Origin: Candidatus Bathyarchaeota archaeon
GTDB taxonomy: Archaea; Thermoproteota; Bathyarchaeia; TCS64
Assembly (NCBI GenBank): GCA_963769425.1
Contig: CAVYLP010000006.1
Span: 512,001-576,000 of the forward strand
Reading direction: 5' to 3'
DNA length: 64,000 nt
Positions within the stretch are counted from its first letter, which is position 1; every line of letters starts with the position of its first letter. The notes beneath the pieces are model-generated. The model was not told where the DNA came from, did no database searches, and saw only the letters and a program-made list of their open reading frames with translations. Made by a program: the position numbers and the translations under genes. This document shows, one piece after another, positions 9,417-19,151 of this stretch.

Positions 9417-10388
9417 TCATTTCTGATATTGTAAAATTACGAATGTGTTTGGCAAGATCGGCGGGCGAGGCCTCGGTTGCTCGACCGTGGGTTCAGGCGT
9501 CGGGCCGTATTCTGCGGTTGGTAGAAATAGAGCATGTGTCCTAAGGTCGATTGTCATGGTTCGCGCCCCACGCTGAGTCGCGATCGTATCCAGAATGGAG
9601 AAGCTATCCGGAGAATCCTCTCTTACGATCGTCAGGGTTCCCTCCCCGTTGGACGCGAAGACAAGTTTCCTCTCGGGGTCAAACATGCAGCCATCGCAGC
9701 CGCCGCCAATCGGTAACGAGGCGAGTACGCGCCCGTCGTCGGCGTCTAGCACGATCATGAACTTGTTGCGGGTCACCGAGAAGAGGCGCCGATTCTTCAA
9801 GTCAATGGCGAGCCCAGTGGGGGACTCTCCGGGTGCGATAGGCCACCTTGATAGGACCTCAAGCGTCTTCGAGTCGATCACCATGACCTCACTCGTGTCC
9901 TCGTTGTTGACGTAGACGTGCCCCAGACCGTCCGCGACGGAGAACTCGGGTTTGCCGCCGAGGGGAATGGTCGCTATGACCTCTCCGGTCGCCGCGTCAA
10001 TGACGGACGCATCGTGGCTAACGCCGTTGAATACGAAGACCCTCTTCGAGGACGAGTCGAAGCGGATGGCGTCCGGGTTTTTACCCACGGCTACCTCCTT
10101 CATGACCTTCAGGGTATTAAGGTCGAAGATGCTCACCGTCGAAGCGCGTCCGTTGCTCGCGAAGCCTCGTCCAAGCTCGCTGGCAATCGCCACCCCGTGC
10201 ACCCCCTCGGTCTTGAAGACCACGCCGACCACATCGAGTGTGTCCGCGTTTAGGACGTGGACCCTGTCGTTGTGGGTGACGTAGAGGCGACGCGCCGCTT
10301 CGTCGACTACCAGGTAGTCCCATCCTCCCTCGCCACCTATGAGGAGTTTTCTAGTCAAGTGGTAACCCGATGGTGATTTGCCCGCCAT
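9417..10388 (-). CDS. YVTN/YncE-type beta-propeller protein
   Basis: GGEGGWDY start; repeated blades (HGVAI, NPDAI, GKPEF, PTGLAID); GARTM. Confidence 0.85.
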   Translation of the reverse strand: MAGKSPSGYHLTRKLLIGGEGGWDYLVVDEAARRLYVTHNDRVHVLNADTLDVVGVVFKTEGVHGVAIASELGRGFASNGRASTVSIFDLNTLKVMKEVAVGKNPDAIRFDSSSKRVFVFNGVSHDASVIDAATGEVIATIPLGGKPEFSVADGLGHVYVNNEDTSEVMVIDSKTLEVLSRWPIAPGESPTGLAIDLKNRRLFSVTRNKFMIVLDADDGRVLASLPIGGGCDGCMFDPERKLVFASNGEGTLTIVREDSPDSFSILDTIATQRGARTMTIDLRTHALFLPTAEYGPTPEPTVEQPRPRPPILPNTFVILQYQK

Positions 10389-10575
10389 TTTGTGTCAACA
10401 GCTTGGGGTTCAAGCGGGGATATAAGACGTGACAGGAGATTTGTTGAAAAGTATAGATGAAAAATGTGAGCCGTTTCAGAAAACAAGTGCACGTTTGAGC
10501 CTTTTCTCGATATACAAAAACGGGGTCTGGGAGTCTAGACAAAATTGTTATGCGGTGTGAGGGGGGTAGAAGGGC

Positions 10576-11784
10576 ATGGCGAACAAGGGTGTAAAGGTTC
10601 CCACATTGTTGTGGTATGGGAAGAAGGAACTGACCCTCTCCTTCCCGCCGGAGTGGAATATTAATGTTCTAAGGATGGACGGTCACGATGACAAGAAGCT
10701 GAGTGGAGGGGGAATCGAGCACGCCTTCTCAAAGCCCATCGGCTCAAAGCGGATCCGCGAACTGGCCAAGAATCGCAAGGAGGCCGTCATCATGTTTGAC
10801 GACATGACCAGGCCGACCCCGATCAGTGAACTCGTGCCCTACATCTTGAAGGAGTTGAATGAGGGGGGCATCTCCAACGATCACGTAAGGTTTGTCTCGG
10901 CTCTCGGTGCCCACGCCCCCATGGACCGGGAGGACTTCGTCAAGAAGCTCGGGGAGGACATTGTCGAGGAGTTCCCGGTCTTCAACCATAACCCATTCGG
11001 TAATTTGACGGACCTCGGGAAGACGACGAGGGAGACGCCGGTCAGGATCAACAGCGAGGTCATGGGCTGCGACCTGAAGATAGGCGTTGGCCTTTGCTGC
11101 CCCCACACGCAGGCGGGCTTCGGCGGCGGGGGCAAGGTGATACTACCGGGCGTCTCCTCGATTGAGACGATCATCGCCAACCACAAGCTCGCAACGAAGT
11201 GGGGGGCGATCGAGGACTGCCTTTTCCGCCTCGATATCGAGGAGACGGCGAGGATGGCGGGACTGGATGTCAAGGTCGACACAATTGTGAACGAGAAAGC
11301 AGAGCTTACGGGAATCTACGTCGGGGACTTCATCGCCGAGCACAGGGAGGCCGTCGAGAGGGCGAAGAAGGTCTACGCCATCCACCCCCAGAAGAAGTAC
11401 GACGTAGTCGTCACAAACGCCTACATGAAGCACAACGAGGGGCTGCTCGCCGTACGGCTGATCAACAACATGATCAAGCCCGGGGGAACGGCGGTGTTCG
11501 TCGAGGACGATCCGAAAGGGCCGGTGTGGCACTATCTCGAGGGAAAGTTCGGAAAGGACTCCGGTGGCCCCTTCTGCGCCCTCCACAGGCCCATGAGAGA
11601 CGTTGGCAAGGTGATAATCCACTCACAGTACAAGATGAAAGACCCCTGGTACCCACTATACGACCCGGATAATCAGGTCTGGATGAAGAAATGGGACGAC
11701 GTGGTCGAGGAGCTTCGAAATAGGCATGGGGACCACGCGGACGTCGCCGTGATCCCGGAAGCCACCATCACCATACCCGGATAA
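10576..11784 (+). CDS. LarA-family (nickel-pincer) racemase/epimerase homolog
   Basis: DDMTRPT, ALGAH, PHTQAGFGGGGKVILPG, IIANH match the LarA N-terminal domain. Confidence 0.85.
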   Translation: MANKGVKVPTLLWYGKKELTLSFPPEWNINVLRMDGHDDKKLSGGGIEHAFSKPIGSKRIRELAKNRKEAVIMFDDMTRPTPISELVPYILKELNEGGISNDHVRFVSALGAHAPMDREDFVKKLGEDIVEEFPVFNHNPFGNLTDLGKTTRETPVRINSEVMGCDLKIGVGLCCPHTQAGFGGGGKVILPGVSSIETIIANHKLATKWGAIEDCLFRLDIEETARMAGLDVKVDTIVNEKAELTGIYVGDFIAEHREAVERAKKVYAIHPQKKYDVVVTNAYMKHNEGLLAVRLINNMIKPGGTAVFVEDDPKGPVWHYLEGKFGKDSGGPFCALHRPMRDVGKVIIHSQYKMKDPWYPLYDPDNQVWMKKWDDVVEELRNRHGDHADVAVIPEATITIPG

Positions 11785-11819
11785 TTGTGGAAGTAGAGTG
11801 AAGAGTTCAGTTTTTAATA

Positions 11820-11895
11820 TGGAGCCGGGCGAGGGATTCGAACCCCCGTAGAGCTGCTCTGCAGGCAGCCGCCTAAACCGCTCAGCCAACCCGGC
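11820..11895 (-). tRNA. tRNA-Cys (GCA), CCA encoded, no intron
   Basis: Reverse complement folds as GCCGGGT/GCCCGGC acceptor stem, GCTGC-CTGCAGA-GCAGC anticodon arm, GGGGG-TTCGAAT-CCCTC T arm, then TCCA. Confidence 0.97.
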
Positions 11896-11948
11896 GCGCA
11901 AGAGAGAAAGGAGAAGGGGGCTGAATATAACTTTTCAGCTACCCGATC

Positions 11949-12284
11949 TCAGTGCGCCTTCGAGGTCTTACGGATAAGCTCGACGGCCTTCTCGTCGCCG
12001 TGGCGGGCTCTGTACGCTTCTATCCCAGCCCTGTAGACGGCACTCCTCCTCCCCTCGGGGTCGTTCGGGTCGAACATCTCCACGAATTTGTCGCAGGGGA
12101 ACTCACCGCAGGCGCCGCAGTGCTTCGCCTTGTGCTCCTGCGCGCAGGTGTAAGTCGGGCATGTCCCCCAGAAGGGCTTGCCCTTGATCTCCGTGCAACC
12201 AGCGCAGCTCGGCTGCTTTTCCCCCGTGTGCCACTCGCATGAGCCACAATCTAAGCCGCATGGACTCATCATCGTTTTAGTCAT
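11949..12284 (-). CDS. Cys-rich DUF3795-like protein
   Basis: CGLDCGSC...CAGC...C...C...HCGACGEFPC; start placed at ATG 12284 because the longer ORF runs into tRNA-Pro. Confidence 0.8.
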   Translation of the reverse strand: MTKTMMSPCGLDCGSCEWHTGEKQPSCAGCTEIKGKPFWGTCPTYTCAQEHKAKHCGACGEFPCDKFVEMFDPNDPEGRRSAVYRAGIEAYRARHGDEKAVELIRKTSKAH

Positions 12285-12358
12285 AACAACACCGATCGCC
12301 TTGAGGCTTGTCGGTTTAAAAGTGGTTCGAATAATCGTCAACTGGTGTTGGGTGAATG

Positions 12359-12437
12359 TGGTGGGACCGCCCGGATTCGAACCGGGGACCACGCGGGCCC
12401 AAGCCGCGTATCTTAGACCAAGCTAGACCACGATCCC
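12359..12437 (-). tRNA. tRNA-Pro (TGG), CCA encoded, no intron
   Basis: GGGATCG/CGGTCCC acceptor stem, CGCGG-CTTGGGC-CCGCG anticodon arm, CCCGG-TTCGAAT-CCGGG T arm, then ACCA. Confidence 0.97.
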
Positions 12438-12547
12438 AGCACCCGGTTAATCGTAGCGGCTGCGTTTTATCTTTATCCCCCCGCAGGGGTTGTCTTGGGA
12501 ATTTATTTGACAGTGAAAGCTAAAAAGAGGGGGTGTAACTAGATTAT

Positions 12548-13111
12548 TTGGTGTATTCGTCGAGTGGCGTTGTGCCCCGGGCAGGGTTAGGTGGAGAGAG
12601 AATGGGTCCTATAATCGGAGTTGAAGCGGTGAGGATGCTCAACGAGGGTTCATTCAATTTGATGACCACCACCGAACTTGACGAGATGCCCTTTGGCCCC
12701 CATTCGAGGAGGATACTGGACGAGGTCACCTTCTCCCCCATCAGGGAACCGGTAAAGGTCAAGCTAATTGCTCGCAAGGTTGGGCTCTCGGAAAAGCAGG
12801 CAAGTCTAAGCCTCGAGTGCATGGTCAACAGGAGAGATCAAGTCTTCACTAAGTTCAAGGACCCCGACCTCATCAAGTACTCTATTCAGGCACAAACCCT
12901 CCGGACGCCTGTGAGAACGGGTTGGCTCAACGAGGCTCTAAGCGACCTCACAGTAGCAATCGACGAGTTGGGAGAGAGTTATCTGGCGACGAAGCTGGAC
13001 AGGCTCTTCGGAAGCTACAACAGGCTCCCTTGGAATTATATACCACTTATAAAGTTCAATGAGCAGCCGATCTACGCGCAGATGCAGCTCGCAGCGATGA
13101 AACTTCTCTAA
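12548..13111 (+). CDS. Hypothetical protein, possible winged-helix domain (start probably 12602 or 12635)
   Basis: HTH-like segment VKLIARKVGLSEKQASLSLECMV; fills the gap between tRNA-Pro and pgk. Confidence 0.55.
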   Translation: MVYSSSGVVPRAGLGGERMGPIIGVEAVRMLNEGSFNLMTTTELDEMPFGPHSRRILDEVTFSPIREPVKVKLIARKVGLSEKQASLSLECMVNRRDQVFTKFKDPDLIKYSIQAQTLRTPVRTGWLNEALSDLTVAIDELGESYLATKLDRLFGSYNRLPWNYIPLIKFNEQPIYAQMQLAAMKLL

Positions 13112-13119
13112 GCGTGGGC

Positions 13120-14340
13120 TTAACCCCACCGTTTCTTCGACTTAGCCATGGCTTCTATAACGGGTAAGTCCTCGCCTGCGAGTAGGCTTAACATGGCTCC
13201 GCCGCCGGTACTGACGTGCTTCATCTTGTCGTCTATTCCGAGCATGCTGGAGAGGCCGCCCAGGTGGCCTCCGCCGACTACGGTGTAGCCGGGGGCTTCC
13301 GCTATGACACGTAGGAGTTCCTTGGTTCCGACGTCGAAGCCGCGGCGCTCGAACATGCCGAGGGGGCCCTCTGCGACGACGGTGCCCGCCTCCCTGATGA
13401 ATTTGCTGAACTTCGCAACCGTGTTGAGGCCGATGTCGTAGATGTTTGTCTCGTCGGTGATCTGGCTGGTGAGGACCTCGATGCGTCCGCCCTTGGTGTC
13501 TAGGGCGACGTCGACGGGGAGCTCTATGTTCTTCTTGTACTTCTTGAATATCGCCCCTGCCTCGTCGACGAGCTTCCTGTCCTCCGGCTTGAGCGCCGCG
13601 TAGCGCTCGGGCATTGCGCCTCCCGCCATGTGGAAACTGTCGCGTATGAGTCCGCCGATGAGTATGTGGTCCGCGATCTTGTCCTTGAGGACGCGGTTGA
13701 TGACGGGGATGCGGTCGTCTACCTTTGCGCCGCCTAGGAGGTAGACGGTGGGGCGGGCGGGGTTGTAGATGACCTTGTTGAGGGCGCTGAGCTCCTTCTC
13801 CATGAGGCGCCCCGCCACCATGGGCATCACCTCGCCGAAGGCGGTTAGGCTCGCTGAGCCCCTGTGGGCTGCGGCGAAGGCGTCGTTGACGCAGAGGTCG
13901 AAGTAGGGGGCGAGGGTCTTGACGAGCCCCGTCTCCGCCAGTTTCTCGGGGGGCGCGTCGAGGTTCTCATCCTTGTGCATGCGGAGGTTGTTGAGGACGA
14001 GTATCTGGCCGGGTTCGAGGGCCTTTATGGCCTCCTGGGCCTTGGGCCCGTCAATGTCCTCTACGAACTTCACCCTCCCGTTGTTATACATCTGTAGGAC
14101 CCTCGTGTGGGCTTCGAGGTTTGTGAAGTCGTACTTTCCGGGGCGGCTCTGGTGTGCTCCGAGCACCACCTTTGCCTCCCTGAGATCCTTTAGGGTTGCC
14201 TCCGTCGCCCGTATCCTCGCGTCGTCGAGTATCCTCTTCGAAGCCGGGTCGAGGGGGCTGTTTATGTCCACTCTGAGGAAGACGCTCTTCCCCTTCACGT
14301 CTACGTCGTTTATCGTTAGAAAGTCGAACATTATGGGCAC
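13120..14340 (-). CDS. pgk: Phosphoglycerate kinase
   Basis: LRVDINSP, AHQSRPG, NDAFAAAHR, LGGAKV, VGGGH, HVSTGGGA. Confidence 0.96.
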   Translation of the reverse strand: MPIMFDFLTINDVDVKGKSVFLRVDINSPLDPASKRILDDARIRATEATLKDLREAKVVLGAHQSRPGKYDFTNLEAHTRVLQMYNNGRVKFVEDIDGPKAQEAIKALEPGQILVLNNLRMHKDENLDAPPEKLAETGLVKTLAPYFDLCVNDAFAAAHRGSASLTAFGEVMPMVAGRLMEKELSALNKVIYNPARPTVYLLGGAKVDDRIPVINRVLKDKIADHILIGGLIRDSFHMAGGAMPERYAALKPEDRKLVDEAGAIFKKYKKNIELPVDVALDTKGGRIEVLTSQITDETNIYDIGLNTVAKFSKFIREAGTVVAEGPLGMFERRGFDVGTKELLRVIAEAPGYTVVGGGHLGGLSSMLGIDDKMKHVSTGGGAMLSLLAGEDLPVIEAMAKSKKRWG

Positions 14341-14419
14341 TCCTCGTGGGGTCGCCTCTACTCAAACCTTAGCATGCCGTATAAAAGAGGTGTCGCCCGG
14401 ATTATGCCACATTTGGGGC

Positions 14420-15371
14420 TTAGACGCAGGTGAGCCGGAGGAGGGTGTCGCCCTCGTTTACGGTGAAGTGGGTGCGGAGGAATGTGACGGTACCGTCGTA
14501 GGGTGCCTTTACTTCCTGTAGGTTGTCACCGACGAGGCTGTAGACGGAGCCGAGTAGCTGCCCCTCCTTCACCTTGCCGCCGACGTCGACGAGCTTCCTC
14601 CAGACCCCGCCGCGGGTGGCGTGGAGTCGCCTCGACTCCGGGTCGACGGGCACCTTCCTCACTATGGGGTCGCCGGGGCTGATGCCGAGGTGGCGCATGA
14701 GGTTGTAGACGCCCTTGGCGAACCACCAGGCGTCCTTCTCCCTGATCGGGTAGGGGGCGCCCGCCTCCGTCATAACGCATGGGATACCCAAGCGGGGCAC
14801 GACCTCGCCCGTGTTGCCTGCGACCGCCGCTGTCTCGATGTAGTCGACGTCCCAGCAGCCTGCCATCTCCAGCATCTTACTCCGCAGTACCTCGTCATCA
14901 GTGTTGAAGACGAAGACGCTTCTCGTCGCGTCCTCACCGAGATCGGCTGAGTGGGCGTCGACGACGGCGTCCGCCTTGCTCAGAAACTCGGTCCAGACGG
15001 CGTGGGCGACCCTCTTCGTGAGGGGCCCCTCCGGGTCGCCGGGCCAGACCCTGTTCTGGTTGAGGTGGTCCCACGGGTTATCATATGGGGCACGGGCCTC
15101 GAAGCCGGTTGTGTTTACGACTGGGACTATGATGAGCCGACCCATCAGCGTGGATGGGGTCAAGCTCCTCGATTATCCTCATCAGCCCCTCGATCGGGGT
15201 ACACTCGAGGCTGTGGACGCCTCCTAGGACGCAGAGTGTGGGACCCGGGAAGAAGCCGTTGAAGGCCACCCATGGGACCCTGACCTCGTGGGTCGACGCC
15301 TCGGAGACCCTGAGGTATCCCTTGCCCCGGGTCCCCGGCTGGACCTCGACCCCAGCTATGCTCAGCGACAC
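14420..15371 (-). CDS. Succinylglutamate desuccinylase/aspartoacylase (M14-like) family deacylase, frameshifted at G-run 15156-15159
   Basis: GGVHSLE in the upstream frame joins IIVPVVN...NQNRVWPG...VDAHS...TEAG plus a C-terminal biotinyl-like domain once one base is removed. Confidence 0.85.
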
Positions 15372-15381
15372 GACTCGGCAC

Positions 15382-16539
15382 CTAGAGGGTGTAGTTGGCG
15401 ACGTAGGGGGCGCGCCAGTCCTTGTACCAGCCCACGACGAGTGGGCCGTCCTCCTCGATGAAGACGGTGTCGCTGCTCCAGAGAAGTTCACCCTCTGGGC
15501 CCTCAACAACTGGCCGGAGCACGATTGCCATACCCGGGCAGAGGACCGTATCGTCCTTCGCCGAGATGTACGGTGCCTCTACGTCAGCGACTCCGATGCC
15601 GTGTCCCAGGGCAAGCTTCTCGACTATCTTAATGCCCCTGTCCTTCGCCGCGGCCTTCATCGCCTTGTAGACGTCGCTGCACTTGGCGCCGGGCTTCATG
15701 CAGGATAGGGCGGCCTCCCTCAGGGCGACGAGGTGGTTGTACGCCTCCCTCTGCTCCGTCGTGGGGTAGCCCTGGGTCATAAGTCGGCTCCCGACGCCCC
15801 AGTAGCCGTCGAGGCTGTACCGGGCCTCCATCCTCACGTACTCCCCCGGCATGAGCTTCTTCTCGTGGCCTATGCCGTAGTAGGGGGCGCGTGGCCAAAA
15901 CTTGGCCGCGTTGGGGCCGCTGGCCCCCTGGCTGACACTGTGCCCGCCGACGACATCCAAGCCACGTTCTAGGCAGTGGACCCTCATCTCCTCGCTGAGG
16001 CTCATCTCGCTGCGTGTGCTCGTGATAAGGACGTGGTGCTGGGTGCCGAAGATGCCGTGGTCGACCTTGTATGAGACATCCTCAAGCAGCTCTAGCTCCT
16101 CGTCTGTTTTGACGGCGCGTAGCTCACGAATGAGTCCGTCGCAGCTAGCCCATGTGGCTCCGGGGAGACGCTTCTTTAGCAACTCCAGGGTGGCCTCGGG
16201 GACCCTGAGGAGATCGATGCCTATGCGGGCTTCCTTCTTGGTCTTGAGGAGGCTGCCCACGGCTTCGGCGAATGCGTCTACTCCACCCGAGTAGGTCTTT
16301 GCCTTCTTGACGCTGCTGAGGGCTACGACTGTCTCCTCCCACTCCTCGGGGGCGATGATTGTCGGGTCGCCCCTTTTGGGCCAGAGGACCGCCACCGGTG
16401 AATCTGGGTAGAGCACTAGGAAGGGGATCGCGGCCCCTGCCATGTAGGCGAAGTTGTCGGCACCCGTCACGAGGACGGCGTCGAAGGTCGAGCCCTTCAC
16501 ACCCGCGCATATCTTATCGTAGAGTTCCATGTCATTCAT
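15382..16539 (-). CDS. M24 (pita-bread fold) peptidase/creatinase-like protein with most metal ligands substituted
   Basis: Creatinase-N-like domain, RAVKTDEE, GYW, GHGIG..EAP; the expected SD, EP and ED positions read GV, RP and SD. Confidence 0.8.
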   Translation of the reverse strand: MNDMELYDKICAGVKGSTFDAVLVTGADNFAYMAGAAIPFLVLYPDSPVAVLWPKRGDPTIIAPEEWEETVVALSSVKKAKTYSGGVDAFAEAVGSLLKTKKEARIGIDLLRVPEATLELLKKRLPGATWASCDGLIRELRAVKTDEELELLEDVSYKVDHGIFGTQHHVLITSTRSEMSLSEEMRVHCLERGLDVVGGHSVSQGASGPNAAKFWPRAPYYGIGHEKKLMPGEYVRMEARYSLDGYWGVGSRLMTQGYPTTEQREAYNHLVALREAALSCMKPGAKCSDVYKAMKAAAKDRGIKIVEKLALGHGIGVADVEAPYISAKDDTVLCPGMAIVLRPVVEGPEGELLWSSDTVFIEEDGPLVVGWYKDWRAPYVANYTL

Positions 16540-16544
16540 CCTCC

Positions 16545-17693
16545 TCAGTGGACGGCCCTGAAGCCGATCACCTCGTAGATCGTCTCCCAGTTGCGGTACC
16601 AGCTCAGCTTTCTTGAGCCCTCGTTTGTGATCTCGTAGACGTCCCTGTCGACATATATCTCCCTGCGTGGGCCGAGTGTCGGGACGCCGAGCGCGACGAC
16701 GTTACCCGCCTTAAGCTCCTCGGGGTACCCCTCGACTATGTAGGGGGCCTCGAAGTGGCTGCAACCGACGCCATATCCGATTATGGGGCCGTGGAGCTTG
16801 ACTCCCATCTTCTCAGCCTCGGACTTGACCTTCTCGTATATCTTGTCGCACCGCGAACCGGGGATGAGTAGGCTCTCGGCGAGGAGCTTTAGCGCCTGGT
16901 TCTCCTCGTAGGCGTCCTCGACCTCGATCGGTGCGTAGCCTGTGTACGCCATCCTGCTTATGCTCGACCAGTAGCCCATGCTGCTCGTCGTCATGTCGGT
17001 GCGGATCAGCAGGTCCTCGTCGACGTCGCCGCGGTGAGGTGTATACTCGAGGCGGGTGTCGTCACCCATCGTCACGGCGAGGTGGCCGACGCCGCTCGCG
17101 CCGCTCTCGAAGGCGTGGACCCTAACGCGCTCCGCGAACTCGGGGACTGTGTAGCCTGGACCCCAGAGGGTGCCCTCGAGGTGGTTGAGGCCGTGGATTA
17201 TGCCCCTGTCGGCGAACTCGCAGCTGCTCTCGATTAGGGCGACCTCCGCGGGCGTCTTCGTGAGCCTCGCCTCGGCTAGCACGCCGTCCACGGGGGTTAG
17301 CTTCGCCTTCGTCGAGGCCTTGAGGGCCTCGACTATGCCGGCGGGGGTGCGCTCGGCATCGTACCCGAGGGTCCCCTTGTTGAGCCCCATCTCGGTGAGG
17401 GTCTTCGCTAGTGTCTTGACGAAGGCGGCTGGGTGCGGCCCGTCGTTCTCATCATACGCGACGGCACCCTCCATCCAGCCCTGGTCTTTCACGGCCTGGA
17501 GCCAATCGGCGGGGGTGACAACGGCGCAACTGTTCCCCTCGGATGGGATTATCGCCGCAGCGCGCCTCTCCGGGTAGTTATCCGCGAATGGGAGGGTTGC
17601 GCCGGTGAGGTACCGGAAGTTATCCGCCCCGAATGCTACGAAGGCGGAGCACCTGCTCGCGTCGACGAGCCTTCTGACAATGGTTTCATCCAT
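16545..17693 (-). CDS. Second M24-fold paralog with most metal ligands substituted
   Basis: NFRYLTG, RLTKTPAE, GYWSSISR, GYGVG..EAP, LGVP, VDRDV. Confidence 0.8.
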   Translation of the reverse strand: MDETIVRRLVDASRCSAFVAFGADNFRYLTGATLPFADNYPERRAAAIIPSEGNSCAVVTPADWLQAVKDQGWMEGAVAYDENDGPHPAAFVKTLAKTLTEMGLNKGTLGYDAERTPAGIVEALKASTKAKLTPVDGVLAEARLTKTPAEVALIESSCEFADRGIIHGLNHLEGTLWGPGYTVPEFAERVRVHAFESGASGVGHLAVTMGDDTRLEYTPHRGDVDEDLLIRTDMTTSSMGYWSSISRMAYTGYAPIEVEDAYEENQALKLLAESLLIPGSRCDKIYEKVKSEAEKMGVKLHGPIIGYGVGCSHFEAPYIVEGYPEELKAGNVVALGVPTLGPRREIYVDRDVYEITNEGSRKLSWYRNWETIYEVIGFRAVH

Positions 17694-17764
17694 GGTGTAC
17701 TTCTCCTATTTAGAACGAGTTAGAGTATCGGGACCGGGCGTTAAGAAACTATTCCCGGAGGCGC

Positions 17765-19090
17765 CTACCTGATCTTGACGTACTCGTAGGCCTTCGTGGC
17801 GTTCTCGAAGCAGAAGTGTACCTTCTCGAAGCCGCTGCGCAGGTCGGCCACGTCCGCCTGGACCTTCTTCGGGTCCTCGCCGTCGACGACGACACGCTTC
17901 ATCAGCTCCGCGACCTCAGTCATCTCGCCCTCCTTCATGCCGAGGCGAGTGAGCTCGGCGGTGCCGAGGCGTATGCCGCCGGGGTTCATGTAGTGGCGCC
18001 CCTCCTTGACGTCCCATGGTAGGAGGTTGCGGTTGATGATTATCCCCGCCTTCTCCAGGCTCTTCTCAACCATTCCGCCGTCGCCGTACTTCGTGATGTC
18101 GATGAGGAGTATGTGGCTCTCCGTGAATCCCTTATGCTCGGCGAGCACTTTGAAGTTCCGCTCGTAGAGCGCCTGCCCCAGCGCCTTGCTGTTCTTGATT
18201 ACTTGGGTGGCGTAGGCTTCGCCGAACTGGATCATCTCGGCGCTGGCGATGGCGACGCCGGCGAGGGCGTGTAGGTGGTGGTTACTGACGAGGCCGGGGA
18301 GTGTCGCCTTTTTGATGGGCTCCGAGTACTTGTCCCAGCTAAGGACGGTGCCGTGCTGTGGGCCGAAGAAGGTCTTGTGGGTGCTGACCGTGACGGTGTC
18401 GACACCCTCCCTGAGGGGGTCCTGGAACCTCTTCCCGGCGATGAGGCCGCTGACGTGTGCGCTGTCGTAGTGGATCATGGCGCCGGCGTCGTGGAATACG
18501 CCCGCGAGTTCCTTCACCGGGTGGGGGAAGGGGAAGACGCTGCCCCCGAAGATGACGAGCTTCGGGGCCTTGCCCTCCTCGACCAGCTTCATGAGTCTCT
18601 GCGCAGTCTTGTCGACGTCGATGTTCAGCTCGTCGTAGTCGAGGGGCAGATACTCGACCTCGAGGCCTGTGACGGCGCCGGCTGTTCCTCCGAGGTTCTT
18701 CCTACCGTATGTTATGTGGCCTCCGCATGTGATTGGTAGGGCCATGATGGTGTCGCCAGGCTCCGTGAATGCGGTGTAGACGACGAGGTTTGAGACGACG
18801 CCGGAGATTGGGCGGGGGTCCACGAACTCTGCTCCGAATAGCCTCTTCTCAAGCTCGATGCACGTGGCCTCCACGCGGTCTATGTACTCGCACCCCGCGT
18901 AGACGCGCTCGCCGACCCAGCCCTCCGCGTACCTGTTACCGAAATCCGTGGTTAGGGCTTCGCGAACAGCTGGGCTCGGGATGTTCTCGCTCGCTATGAG
19001 GGGGATGTACCTGTTGAACGCTTTGTGGTGTTCCTGCAGTGTGCCGAGTATCTCGTCGTAGTACTGGCGTGGAGTCTTGACACTCATCAC
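17765..19090 (-). CDS. glyA: Serine hydroxymethyltransferase (archaeal type)
   Basis: LIASEN, RYAEG, GGHIT, DSAH, STHKTFFGPQ (PLP lysine), GIRLGT. Confidence 0.96.
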   Translation of the reverse strand: MMSVKTPRQYYDEILGTLQEHHKAFNRYIPLIASENIPSPAVREALTTDFGNRYAEGWVGERVYAGCEYIDRVEATCIELEKRLFGAEFVDPRPISGVVSNLVVYTAFTEPGDTIMALPITCGGHITYGRKNLGGTAGAVTGLEVEYLPLDYDELNIDVDKTAQRLMKLVEEGKAPKLVIFGGSVFPFPHPVKELAGVFHDAGAMIHYDSAHVSGLIAGKRFQDPLREGVDTVTVSTHKTFFGPQHGTVLSWDKYSEPIKKATLPGLVSNHHLHALAGVAIASAEMIQFGEAYATQVIKNSKALGQALYERNFKVLAEHKGFTESHILLIDITKYGDGGMVEKSLEKAGIIINRNLLPWDVKEGRHYMNPGGIRLGTAELTRLGMKEGEMTEVAELMKRVVVDGEDPKKVQADVADLRSGFEKVHFCFENATKAYEYVKIR

Positions 19091-19151
19091 GTATCCAGAT
19101 GAGCCATGAAGCCGGAAATTTATGCTTTACCAAACGACACCGGTTTTGGGC

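Noticed and set aside
7090-11895. Integrated element at tRNA-Cys or tRNA-Pro
   Set aside because: No integrase and no convincing att duplication; I noticed only a 7-bp TGGAGCC match near 7097.
12285-12392. N-terminal extension of the DUF3795 ORF
   Set aside because: It overlaps the tRNA-Pro T arm; the real start is ATG 12284.
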